Assembly: GCA_045631885.1 (NCBI GenBank)
Contig: JAZQVN010000035.1
Location: forward strand, 262-64,261
Reading direction: 5' to 3'
Length of the DNA stretch: 64,000 nt
Source: Bacilli bacterium
GTDB lineage: Bacteria > Bacillota_I > Bacilli_A > RFN20 > CAG-826
Shown: positions 20,830-30,207 of the stretch, one piece after another
Position numbering within the stretch: position 1 is the stretch's first letter
Layout of the letters: the number at the start of each line of letters is the position of its first letter
Program-made: the position numbers and the translations under genes
The notes under the pieces: generated by a model
Seen by the model: the letters and a program-made list of their open reading frames with translations, nothing else
Databases searched by the model: none
Told to the model about the DNA's origin: nothing

Positions 20830-22291
20830 TTTAATTGAAACCTTATTAAAATACGGATTAGACAAAGAATTATTCCCTGAAGAAGATAAAGTCTACATTG
20901 CTAATCGTCTCATCGCCTTTTTAGGTCTAGATGAATATAAACCAGGCCAAGTTTTAGATTTATCTCTTGAGCAACTCGTCGAAGCTTTTGATGATATCGC
21001 TGTTTCACAAAATAAAATCAACGATACAGTGACAGAAAGAGATTTATACGACACTGAATTAATGACTATCTTATTAGATAGACCATCACATATCAGTGAG
21101 AAATTCTTTTCTATCTATAAAGATAATAAAGAAAAAGCCACTGAGTATTTTTATCAAACAAATATTGATTCTAACTATGTTAGGAAATATCGTGTTGACC
21201 GCGATTTGAAATGGAAAACTGAAACTGATTACGGACTAATTGATATCACCATCAACTTATCTAAACCAGAAAAAGATCCAAGAGATATCGCTCGTCAAAA
21301 AGATATGCCAAAGAGCAATTATCCAATCTGTTTACTTTGTAAAGAAAACGAAGGATATAAGGGAAGACTCAATCATCCTGCAAGAGGAAATATCCGTCTT
21401 GTTCCATTAGAACTTCAAGGCGCACCATTCTTCTTACAATATTCTCCATATTCTTATTACAATGAACACTGCATCGTTTTATCCGCTGAACATAAACCGA
21501 TGGTCATCGATAAAGCCACTATTGCTAAATTATTAGACTTTGTCTCATTCTTACCACATTACTTTGTTGGTTCAAATGCTGATTTACCAATAGTCGGTGG
21601 TTCTATCCTTGCTCACGAACATTTCCAAGGTGGTCATTATCGTTTTGCAATGGTTGACGCTAAATCAATATTTGATTTTGAAGTTCCAGGATTTAATGCC
21701 AAAGCGCATATCTTAAAATGGCCATTATCAGTCATTAGAATTAATGGCGTTAATAAAGATGAATTAGTCCGCTTAGCAGATCACATTTTACAAAAATGGA
21801 TTCCATATATTGATGAAGAAGTCGATATCATCGCTTATTCAGGCGAAACTAGACATAACACCATTACTCCAATCGCCAGAATTAACGATAACGGTGAATA
21901 CGAATTAGATTTAGTTTTAAGAAATAATAGAACAAGTGATGACTATCCATTGGGCATCTTCCATCCACACGAAGAATATCATCACATTAAAAAGGAAAAT
22001 ATCGGTTTAATCGAAGTTATGGGTTTAGCGGTCCTTCCTTCTAGACTCAAAAATGAATTAGCGTTATTAAAGAGATATATCCTTGATGGCATTGAAGATG
22101 AAGCGATTGAAAAACATTATGAATGGGTCAATGAATTAAAAGAACGTTATGAATTCACGCCAGATAATGTTGAAGAAATCTTAGAAAAAGAAATCGGCTT
22201 AACATTCGCGAAGATATTAGAAAACGCGGGCGTCTATAAGCAAGACGAAAAAGGTATTGAACACTTTAAAAAGTTTGCTACATCCTTATAA
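20816..22291 (+). CDS. galT: Galactose-1-phosphate uridylyltransferase, long Gram-positive type
   Basis: 491 aa, the size and architecture of Firmicutes GalT. Translationally coupled to galK (14-nt overlap). Confidence 0.8.
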   Translation: MEIYDLIETLLKYGLDKELFPEEDKVYIANRLIAFLGLDEYKPGQVLDLSLEQLVEAFDDIAVSQNKINDTVTERDLYDTELMTILLDRPSHISEKFFSIYKDNKEKATEYFYQTNIDSNYVRKYRVDRDLKWKTETDYGLIDITINLSKPEKDPRDIARQKDMPKSNYPICLLCKENEGYKGRLNHPARGNIRLVPLELQGAPFFLQYSPYSYYNEHCIVLSAEHKPMVIDKATIAKLLDFVSFLPHYFVGSNADLPIVGGSILAHEHFQGGHYRFAMVDAKSIFDFEVPGFNAKAHILKWPLSVIRINGVNKDELVRLADHILQKWIPYIDEEVDIIAYSGETRHNTITPIARINDNGEYELDLVLRNNRTSDDYPLGIFHPHEEYHHIKKENIGLIEVMGLAVLPSRLKNELALLKRYILDGIEDEAIEKHYEWVNELKERYEFTPDNVEEILEKEIGLTFAKILENAGVYKQDEKGIEHFKKFATSL

Positions 22292-22295
22292 AGAA

Positions 22296-22327
22296 TGGGT
22301 CTTATGAAAAATAAGACCTTTTTCTTA
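22296..22327 (+). terminator. Rho-independent terminator after galT
   Basis: ggtcttat-gaaaaa-ataagacc followed by tttttctt. Confidence 0.6.
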
Positions 22328-22406
22328 TGTTTTATGTTAGAATATTTGCCAGCGGAGTTCGGGCTCTAAATCCTTCGCTATATAAAATAAAACCAAGGAG
22401 GTCTTT

Positions 22407-23183
22407 TTGATGACAGATTCAAAACCAAGACGCACATTTAAACAGTGGGCGCGTCAGGAACTTAAACTTACAGTCTTGTTATTACGTGCGATCCCTTCTC
22501 CTGTGGTCGCTCTTTTTGTTGTTTCAGTAATAACGATGAACTTATTAGCTAACAAAACAATATTCCAAAATGAGATCATTGCTATCGATGGAGGTATCCT
22601 CGTAAGCTGGTTATCTTTCCTATCAATGGATGTAGTAACTAAGCACTTTGGACCAAGGGCATCAACAAGGATGTCAGTGTTTGCAATATGTGTTAATTTG
22701 TTAACCTGCTTAATTTTCTTTATTGTGAGCATAATTCCTACTCCAAGCCAGGATTACGCCACTTTTAACACGATTATTGGAGGGACTTGGTTTATTCTCT
22801 TATCCTCTACTGTTGCATTTTTCTCTAGCGCAATTATCAACAATTTTATGAATTATGGATTAGGAAAATTGTTCAAAAATAATCCAGATGGAAAGCTTGC
22901 TTATATCACAAGAAGTTATGTCTCAACATTCATCGGACAATTCGCTGATAACTTCATTTTTGCAATCTTAACATTTACTGTTTTCGCCCCAATATTCTGG
23001 GATGGTTTCCACTGGACAATCTTACAGTGTTTGACCTGTTCTCTCTTAGGAGCGTTATTAGAATTAGCGATGGAAATCATCTTCTCACCGTTTGGTTATT
23101 TCGTCACAAAGAAATGGAGTAATTCCAATGTCGGAAGAGATTACTTCACTTATTTAAGAGAATTAAAAGGAGAGCTTGCCTAA
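22407..23183 (+). CDS. YhhQ/VUT-family (DUF165) putative queuosine-precursor transporter
   Basis: 258 aa polytopic membrane protein. NLLANKTIF and SxFIGQFADNFIFAILTF resemble conserved YhhQ-family segments. Confidence 0.45.
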   Translation: MMTDSKPRRTFKQWARQELKLTVLLLRAIPSPVVALFVVSVITMNLLANKTIFQNEIIAIDGGILVSWLSFLSMDVVTKHFGPRASTRMSVFAICVNLLTCLIFFIVSIIPTPSQDYATFNTIIGGTWFILLSSTVAFFSSAIINNFMNYGLGKLFKNNPDGKLAYITRSYVSTFIGQFADNFIFAILTFTVFAPIFWDGFHWTILQCLTCSLLGALLELAMEIIFSPFGYFVTKKWSNSNVGRDYFTYLRELKGELA

Positions 23184-23851
23184 TGAAAATATTAATTAGT
23201 GGTTCCTCAAAAGGAATCGGTAGAACTACCGCGATTAGTTTTTTAGAAAAAGGATTTGAAGTATATGGTTTAGATTTATTGCCTTCATCAATTGAAGATA
23301 AGAATTATCACCACTTCATCGTTGATATTTCTAAAAAAGAACAATTACCAGAAATAAAGGATATTGATTACATTTTTAATAACGCTGGGCTACAAAACTC
23401 CAAAGACGATATTGATAACAACTTAAAAGGCAACATTAACGTCACTGAAAAATATGCTTTTCAAAATAATATCAAATCAGTTCTTTTTAATGCCTCTGCT
23501 TCCGCACATTCTGGTTTTGAATTCCCAGAATATGTCGCCTCCAAAGCGGGATTAATAGGATATATGAAAAATGCTGCGGTTAGATTAGCGAAATACAAAG
23601 CGACATGTAATTCCATCTCTTTGGGGGGAGTTACCACCGAAAGTAATAGACCAGTTATGGAAGATAAAGAGAGCTGGGAAAAGATCATGAAAGTCACTCC
23701 ACTTAAGAAGTGGGCCAGCGAAGATGAAGTCGCTGATTGGGTTTATTTCTTATTAGTGACAAATAAATCTGTGACCGGGATTGATATCTTAATTGATAAC
23801 GGTGAATTTAATTTAAATTCCACTTTTGTGTGGCCCGACTATAACAATTAG
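23183..23851 (+). CDS. Short-chain dehydrogenase/reductase (SDR)
   Basis: 222 aa. Coenzyme motif GSSKGIGRTTA, NNAG, and catalytic S...YVASK. Confidence 0.85.
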   Translation: MKILISGSSKGIGRTTAISFLEKGFEVYGLDLLPSSIEDKNYHHFIVDISKKEQLPEIKDIDYIFNNAGLQNSKDDIDNNLKGNINVTEKYAFQNNIKSVLFNASASAHSGFEFPEYVASKAGLIGYMKNAAVRLAKYKATCNSISLGGVTTESNRPVMEDKESWEKIMKVTPLKKWASEDEVADWVYFLLVTNKSVTGIDILIDNGEFNLNSTFVWPDYNN

Positions 23852-23875
23852 TTAAAAGTTGCTAAAATAGATGAT

Positions 23876-24553
23876 ATGAAAAACATCGCTTTAATTACTG
23901 CCGCTGGAAGCGGAACAAGAATGGGAGAAGGCAAACCAAAACAATTTTTAATTGTTAATGGTAAACCACTACTTTCTTACACAATTGAAGCGTTTAATAA
24001 TCATCCACTTATCGATGAAATCATCATCGTTACCAACGAAGACTTTATTGATGAAGTGAAATCTTTCTCAGGTAATTATCAAAAAGTTAAACATATTGTA
24101 AAAGGTGGATCTACACGTCAACAATCAGTGTTTTTAGGTTTATCTTTCTTAAAAGAAAATGGTGTTAATCCAAACGACATTATTCTCATCCATGATGGGG
24201 CTAGACCATTAGTTAGTGAAAGAATTATCGCCGCGAATATTGAAGCGTGCAAGGAAAACAATGCTGTTGAAACAGTTATATCGGCAACAGATACAATCAT
24301 CCAATCTAAAGACGGTGAGATTAATAACCAAACACTAAATAGAAAAGAACTTTATCAAGTTCAAACTCCTCAAACATTTAAATTTGATTTAATTTATAAG
24401 GCTCATTCATCTTTACAAAATGATGATGCAACTGATGACGCTCAATTAGTGGCGAAACTAGGAAAAGATATCTACCTCGTAAATGGAGATAAGAAAAACT
24501 TCAAAGTCACCACTAAAGAAGATTTAGAATATTTTGAATTATTAACTAAGTAA
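23876..24553 (+). CDS. IspD/TarI-family sugar-phosphate cytidylyltransferase
   Basis: 225 aa. ITAAGSGTRMGEGKPKQFL is the IspD/TarI signature. Confidence 0.8.
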   Translation: MKNIALITAAGSGTRMGEGKPKQFLIVNGKPLLSYTIEAFNNHPLIDEIIIVTNEDFIDEVKSFSGNYQKVKHIVKGGSTRQQSVFLGLSFLKENGVNPNDIILIHDGARPLVSERIIAANIEACKENNAVETVISATDTIIQSKDGEINNQTLNRKELYQVQTPQTFKFDLIYKAHSSLQNDDATDDAQLVAKLGKDIYLVNGDKKNFKVTTKEDLEYFELLTK

Positions 24554-25204
24554 TTTTTTAAAAGAAGCTATAGAGGCATGGACATAGTCCATGTCTTTTG
24601 TATATGGAGTCATATCTTCCACCATCACAGTGAAACAACCTGCTTGATAAGAAGCGATTAATCCATTTGGAGAATCTTCAAAAACGATAATGTCTTCTGG
24701 TTTCTTTTTTACCTTTTCGCATGCATAAATAAAAACATTTGGAAATGGTTTTCCTTTATCCACTTCTTTTGCGGTAATGATTCCATCAATTAGATGTTGG
24801 AAATTGATCTCTTTTAATATGCATTCTGCTTTTTCTATTTCATTCGCAGTGACAATATATAACTTCTTTCTTTGGGTTTTTAAGAGTTCAAGGAATTCTC
24901 TTGCGTATGACTTAATCTCTATTTCATGGGTGAGAAAGTATTCGTTCATTAATTCAATTCTTTTATTTCTCGTTATCACATAATCTAAACCAATAGATTT
25001 AAACATTTTCATCGCGGTGTTACTTTCTAAAGACCGCAAGTTTAAAGCTTCTTCATCAGTTAGTTCACGACCACAAAACTTACTAGCTTCTTTCCAAAAA
25101 CGGAAATAGAGTTTTTCAGTATCAATTAAAGTACCATCTAAATCAAAAAAGATGACATCTACTTGTTTTAATTTTCCTTTTAACTGTCCAACATTACTTT
25201 CCAT
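24542..25204 (-). CDS. HAD-superfamily hydrolase, beta-phosphoglucomutase-like
   Basis: 220 aa. Motif I IFFDLDGTLIDTE. Its 3' end overlaps the convergent cytidylyltransferase gene by 12 nt. Confidence 0.8.
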   Translation of the reverse strand: MESNVGQLKGKLKQVDVIFFDLDGTLIDTEKLYFRFWKEASKFCGRELTDEEALNLRSLESNTAMKMFKSIGLDYVITRNKRIELMNEYFLTHEIEIKSYAREFLELLKTQRKKLYIVTANEIEKAECILKEINFQHLIDGIITAKEVDKGKPFPNVFIYACEKVKKKPEDIIVFEDSPNGLIASYQAGCFTVMVEDMTPYTKDMDYVHASIASFKKLLS

Positions 25205-25252
25205 TTTTACGTTATGATAACACTTTCTTTACTAATTTAGTAAAATAATCTC

Positions 25253-26320
25253 ATGAATATCATCGACTATTTAGAAAGTTATAAAGATTTGTCATTAAAA
25301 GAAGCACCGTTCAATGAACTAGACGCGGCGATATTCTCTTGTCTAGCTTATTTCCCTTTTGATTTATTAAATGAAACAAAGAAATCTTTTAAAAACGACA
25401 AGATCCTTTCTTTTATTGATAGTTATTATCCAGGCGATAATGTTGGCGAACATATCGTTTTGAATATCAAAGCGATGTCTTTAGTCCTCAATTCCAAAAG
25501 ATTTAAAGGGATTAAATTCACTAACTTTGAAAAGAAAAGAAGCGATGACTCCATCGAGCAATTCCAAGCAGTCACCATCGAAATGAAGAAATTCACATAT
25601 GTTTCCTTCTCTGGCACTGATGCGACGACATTAGGCTGGAGAGAAGACTTTAATATGGGTTATTTAGATATCGTTCCTTCGGAAGTTGATGCGATTAGAT
25701 ATATCAATAAGATTAGAAAGAAACATCCATTTAAACCAATCTATATTGGAGGCCACTCCAAAGGTGGGCGTCTAGCAGTACGTGCAGGAAAAGAAGTTTA
25801 TAAAAAGAACACTCTTGTTTCGGTATTCTCTTTTGACGGTCCTAACTTCACTGAAGAATTCTACGATGAAACTTATGAAGAGATGAAACATCTCATTTAT
25901 GAATACGCGCCAAATGAATCAATCGTTGGAAGATTAATTACTGATAGAAATAATAAGATTATCGTTCAATCAGATGCTTCATTTATTTATCAACACAGTT
26001 TATACACATGGTTAGTGGATGATAATCATTTTATCCACGAAGATAAATATACAGATCGTTCTAACAAGATTGCACTTATTTGCCATGAAGTGTTCACCAA
26101 ATATGACAATCACACTAAAAGTGTGTTCGTGAATACTTTGTTTGATTTATTTGATAGATTAAACATCACTGAATTAAAAGATACTGAATATAACAAACAA
26201 CTAGTTCTTAATTCATTAAGCAGTATCCGCGTGGAATGGAAAAACATCCCAAAAGAAAGCCGCAAAGTTATTGTCGGTATTATCTTTACTATCGTTTTAT
26301 TAGCAATAAAAAGAAGGTAA
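25253..26320 (+). CDS. Alpha/beta hydrolase (lipase-like, DUF2974/Mbeg1-like) with a C-terminal TM anchor
   Basis: 355 aa. Nucleophile elbow IGGHSKGG and a C-terminal hydrophobic segment VIVGIIFTIVLLAI. Confidence 0.5.
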   Translation: MNIIDYLESYKDLSLKEAPFNELDAAIFSCLAYFPFDLLNETKKSFKNDKILSFIDSYYPGDNVGEHIVLNIKAMSLVLNSKRFKGIKFTNFEKKRSDDSIEQFQAVTIEMKKFTYVSFSGTDATTLGWREDFNMGYLDIVPSEVDAIRYINKIRKKHPFKPIYIGGHSKGGRLAVRAGKEVYKKNTLVSVFSFDGPNFTEEFYDETYEEMKHLIYEYAPNESIVGRLITDRNNKIIVQSDASFIYQHSLYTWLVDDNHFIHEDKYTDRSNKIALICHEVFTKYDNHTKSVFVNTLFDLFDRLNITELKDTEYNKQLVLNSLSSIRVEWKNIPKESRKVIVGIIFTIVLLAIKRR

Positions 26321-27256
26321 TTAATTACCTTCCTCAATAAATTTAATGATCGCAGATATTATCTTTTCGTCTTGGTAAGTCATCTTTAACGCTGATTTAT
26401 CAGACATATATTTTTGTTTGTCCTCTAATGTTTTTAACTTCTTTTCTTTGACTAGTTGATTATAAGTTCCAAACACTTCATTCATATAATTAACTGATTC
26501 GAGTGTGTAGTTAGGGTTGTGTTTCTTTCCATCTTCTTCTATGAAGGAAAAGTTTGGATTACCGATTTCTTGCACTAGTTTAAGTGAATTATTAAAACTC
26601 ACCATTTGGTCATCTTTGGAATGGATGAACAATAACTTATCTGAGGCATTCTTCAAGTAATTCATATTATCGATACCGAAATACTTTGGATCCGCTTTCT
26701 TTTCGATATTAAGAATTCTCTTTCTTAAGAAGTTTGATTTAGTCCATTGTTGAAGTTGTAATTCCACACTTAAAAAACCAGAGATAAGGACCGCTTTAGA
26801 AATATGGTTGTTGATGTTAACGATATTTAATCCTGTATATCCACCTAGTGAATGGCCAACCACAATAATCTTCTTATCGAGTTTTAAATGATTTAATAAA
26901 TCAACGACATCTCTGGTTGGTTCATTAAAAGAAAATAAACTTTCACCTTCGGATTTATCGCATCCCATATAATCAAGGGTTAACACTTTATATCCATTTG
27001 AACATAAAGCATTTATCTCTGACATATAAGCGGTATGACCTGGTCCAATACCGGGAAGGAATAAAATGATTCTGTCTTTTTTGAAATTTGGAAAGCTATA
27101 CACAAAGTAAGAAATCTTTGCTTCTCGAGAGTTAACAAAGGTTCCTTTTTCTTCTTTTAAACCAGGAAAATCTTCCGCTGATAAATATGGAATAATGCCG
27201 TCTTTATCATAACGGTGAATTAATAATTTTTTGTAAACAAATCTAAGCAAACCCAT
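26321..27256 (-). CDS. Alpha/beta hydrolase (esterase/lipase type)
   Basis: 311 aa. GHSLGG nucleophile elbow and a LPGIGPG oxyanion region. Confidence 0.7.
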   Translation of the reverse strand: MGLLRFVYKKLLIHRYDKDGIIPYLSAEDFPGLKEEKGTFVNSREAKISYFVYSFPNFKKDRIILFLPGIGPGHTAYMSEINALCSNGYKVLTLDYMGCDKSEGESLFSFNEPTRDVVDLLNHLKLDKKIIVVGHSLGGYTGLNIVNINNHISKAVLISGFLSVELQLQQWTKSNFLRKRILNIEKKADPKYFGIDNMNYLKNASDKLLFIHSKDDQMVSFNNSLKLVQEIGNPNFSFIEEDGKKHNPNYTLESVNYMNEVFGTYNQLVKEKKLKTLEDKQKYMSDKSALKMTYQDEKIISAIIKFIEEGN

Positions 27257-27345
27257 AATTACTTTCCTATAATATTCTACTCTATTTTTTGTTTTCTATT
27301 GCACTAAACTTTTACTTATGTAAAATAATTTTGAGGATTTTATTT

Positions 27346-28992
27346 ATGGAAGAAATCAACAACTTCATTAAAACAATCATGGAAAAGGATTTGGAAGAAG
27401 GCCGAGTTAAACAAATCATTACTCGTTTCCCACCTGAACCAAATGCTTATTTACACATCGGTCACGCTAGAGCAATCGTTAACGATTTTGAACTCGCTAA
27501 TGCTTTTGGTGGTTATACCAATTTAAGATTTGATGATACTAACCCAGTCAATGAAGGCGCTGAATATGTCGACGCGATTATCGAAGATTTAAAATGGCTT
27601 GGTTATACTCCAAAAAATATCTATTTTGGCAGTGATTATTTTGAAAAAACCTATCAAAAAGCCATTCTTTTAATCAAAAAAGGTTTAGCGTATGTTGATG
27701 ATTTATCCCCAGAAGAAATGACTGAATATCGTGGAACTTTAACCGAACCAGGTAAAGAATCTCCATGGAGAAATAGATCAATTGAAGAGAACTTAAAACT
27801 CTTTGAAGAGATGAGAGAAGGTAAATACGCGAACGGTGAAAAGACCTTAAGAGCTAAGATTGATATGTCTTCTCCAAACATCAATATGCGTGACCCAGTC
27901 ATGTATCGTATCTTACATGTCCCACATCATAGACAAGGCGATAAATGGTGTATCTATCCAATGTATGACTTCGCTCATCCATTACAAGATGCCTTTGAAG
28001 GAGTCACCCACTCCCTTTGCTCATTAGAATATGATAACCATAGAGTCTTATATGATTGGTTTGTCGAAAAATGTGAAACGGAACATGTCCCACATCAGTA
28101 TGAATGGGGTAGATTAAATATCACTAACACAGTGATGTCAAAAAGATATCTCCGTCAATTAGTGGAAGGCGGCTATGTCACAGGTTACGATGATCCACGT
28201 ATGCCAACACTCGTTGCATTAAAAAGAAAAGGCTTCACTCCAGAAGCAATTAAGAGTTTCATCATTTATACAGGTTTATCAAGAATCAACTCCACGACTG
28301 AAGCTGATAATTTAGATTATTTCTTAAGAGAAGAACAAAAGATGAAAGCCACTCGTCCAATGGCGGTCATTCATCCATTAAAAGTCGTTATTGATAATTA
28401 CCCAGAAGGTGAAATTGAATATCTCGATGCGAGTAACAATATGGAAAATGAAGAACTCGGTCATAGACAAATCGCTTTTGGTAAATATCTCTACATTGAA
28501 AAAGAAGATTTCATTGAAGAAAAGCCAAACCGTAAATGGAAGAGATTATCTCTTGGTGATGAAGTGAGATTAATGCATGCTTACTTCATTAAAGCCAATA
28601 GTGTTGTTAAAGATGATAATGGCGAAATCATCGAAGTCCACTGCACATATGATCCAGAAACAAAATCTGGAAGTGGATTTGAAGGAAGAAAACCAAATGG
28701 CACAATCCACTTTGTGGAAGCCACTACTGCTTTACCAGCCACATTCAATTTATTTGAACCATTAGTGTTTGATGAAACCGAAGAAACCAAGGGTTTATCA
28801 TTCTTAGAAAGATTAAATCCAAATTCCTGGATTAAAGAAGAAGGTTTTGTTGAAGCATCACTCAAAGACACAAAACCACTAGACCGTTATCAATTCATTA
28901 GAAATGGTTATTACTGCACTGACAAGTTATCTAGTAAAGAACATTTAATCTTTAATAGAACTTGCCCATTAAAATCATCATTCAACGGTTAA
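27346..28992 (+). CDS. glnS: Glutaminyl-tRNA synthetase
   Basis: Start revised to the Met at 27346 (GAGGA RBS). RFPPEPNAYLHIGHARAI matches the GlnRS HIGH region, VMSKR is the KMSKS motif, and the length is about 548 aa. Confidence 0.85.
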   Translation: MEEINNFIKTIMEKDLEEGRVKQIITRFPPEPNAYLHIGHARAIVNDFELANAFGGYTNLRFDDTNPVNEGAEYVDAIIEDLKWLGYTPKNIYFGSDYFEKTYQKAILLIKKGLAYVDDLSPEEMTEYRGTLTEPGKESPWRNRSIEENLKLFEEMREGKYANGEKTLRAKIDMSSPNINMRDPVMYRILHVPHHRQGDKWCIYPMYDFAHPLQDAFEGVTHSLCSLEYDNHRVLYDWFVEKCETEHVPHQYEWGRLNITNTVMSKRYLRQLVEGGYVTGYDDPRMPTLVALKRKGFTPEAIKSFIIYTGLSRINSTTEADNLDYFLREEQKMKATRPMAVIHPLKVVIDNYPEGEIEYLDASNNMENEELGHRQIAFGKYLYIEKEDFIEEKPNRKWKRLSLGDEVRLMHAYFIKANSVVKDDNGEIIEVHCTYDPETKSGSGFEGRKPNGTIHFVEATTALPATFNLFEPLVFDETEETKGLSFLERLNPNSWIKEEGFVEASLKDTKPLDRYQFIRNGYYCTDKLSSKEHLIFNRTCPLKSSFNG

Positions 28993-28996
28993 TAAA

Positions 28997-29027
28997 AGAG
29001 CCACTCTTACAAAGGGTGGCTTTATTT
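28997..29027. terminator. Bidirectional terminator between glnS and the convergent HAD gene
   Basis: agccac-tcttacaaag-ggtggct followed by ttatttt. Confidence 0.5.
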
Positions 29028-29687
29028 TAATATATCAATGATTTCTTGGAAGTTATGAATTAATAGATGACTATTTTCAAGACACTTCTTTTCATCTTTT
29101 GTTGATTCTTTATCGTATACTGCGACGATATTAAATCCTGACTTATACGCGGTCATAATTGGAACAAGCATATCTTCAAAGATAATAGTCTCTTCTCTAT
29201 TAACTCCAAATTGTTCTCTCGCTTTATCGTATATCTCTGGAGAACTCTTTCCTTCTTTACAAGAATTCACATCCACAACATAAGAGAAATATTCTAATAT
29301 TCCTAATCTAGTTAGACATACTTCATATATCTCTTTACTATTTGCAGTGGCTAAAGCGATAGGAATATTATTCTTATAGAATAATTCTAATAATTCTTTC
29401 GCATTTTCTTTTAAAGACACTCTTTCTTTATATTCTTCAAAAGATAGATCAATCCATTCTTGCATGATATCTTCTTCATCTTCATCGGGAAGGTATTTTG
29501 TTCTAGTTATTTCCGCGGCTTTAGTTAATCCAACATGAGCGATTTCTAATCCGTATGTTGGAGGTATTTCCATATGACGACGGGCAAAGAAGATGCGGTC
29601 GATGTCCGCCCAAATACCCGTGGAATCAATTAGAGTTCCATCTAGGTCAAATATCGCCAACTTGATTTCTCGATCTTGAAATTTCAT
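29022..29687 (-). CDS. HAD-superfamily hydrolase
   Basis: 221 aa. Motif I IFDLDGTLIDS. Confidence 0.8.
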   Translation of the reverse strand: MKFQDREIKLAIFDLDGTLIDSTGIWADIDRIFFARRHMEIPPTYGLEIAHVGLTKAAEITRTKYLPDEDEEDIMQEWIDLSFEEYKERVSLKENAKELLELFYKNNIPIALATANSKEIYEVCLTRLGILEYFSYVVDVNSCKEGKSSPEIYDKAREQFGVNREETIIFEDMLVPIMTAYKSGFNIVAVYDKESTKDEKKCLENSHLLIHNFQEIIDILK

Positions 29688-29688
29688 A

Positions 29689-30207
29689 TCAAAAATTATA
29701 CTTCTCTCTTTGCTTCTTTATAACCCCTGTTTTAATCACTAATTGAGCGATAATTCCAACGAATACACCGGTGATAATCGCAGAAACAGAAATGACTGGT
29801 AAATAGTAAAGGATATATGGAGTGTTAAGGAAGAATAACGCGACGATGATTTGCCCAAAAACATGGAACAAAGAACCAATCACACTTACTCCGATAACAG
29901 AGAATTTTTTTATTAACACATAAAACAATATCATAATTCCTAAAGATAAAACTGCGCCTGTTAATGACATTAAAAATCCCATCGTCAAGAATGTTCCTCT
30001 AAGGATACCCACTAAAAAGACACGGGCAAGATTAACACAAATCGCTTCCACTATTCCTAATTCATATAAAATGATGAGAATCATAATGTTGGCTAAACCA
30101 AGTTTTACTCCAGGAATACCAATGCTTGGAATAAAAGATTCTAAAATCGCGATGATGATAGTACCCGCGGTTAATACACCTAATAAAGCAATCTTATGCG
30201 TATTCAT
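29689..30207 (-). CDS. Gx-transporter-family (HepS-like) membrane protein
   Basis: 172 aa with 5-6 TM helices. In the typical position next to a NusG-II-domain protein and ApbE. Confidence 0.5.
   Translation of the reverse strand: MNTHKIALLGVLTAGTIIIAILESFIPSIGIPGVKLGLANIMILIILYELGIVEAICVNLARVFLVGILRGTFLTMGFLMSLTGAVLSLGIMILFYVLIKKFSVIGVSVIGSLFHVFGQIIVALFFLNTPYILYYLPVISVSAIITGVFVGIIAQLVIKTGVIKKQREKYNF

Noticed and set aside
27257-27345. Possible T-box leader upstream of glnS
   Set aside because: Only about 90 nt are available. No specifier-loop or T-box (AATTAGGGTGGTACCGCG-like) sequence is present.
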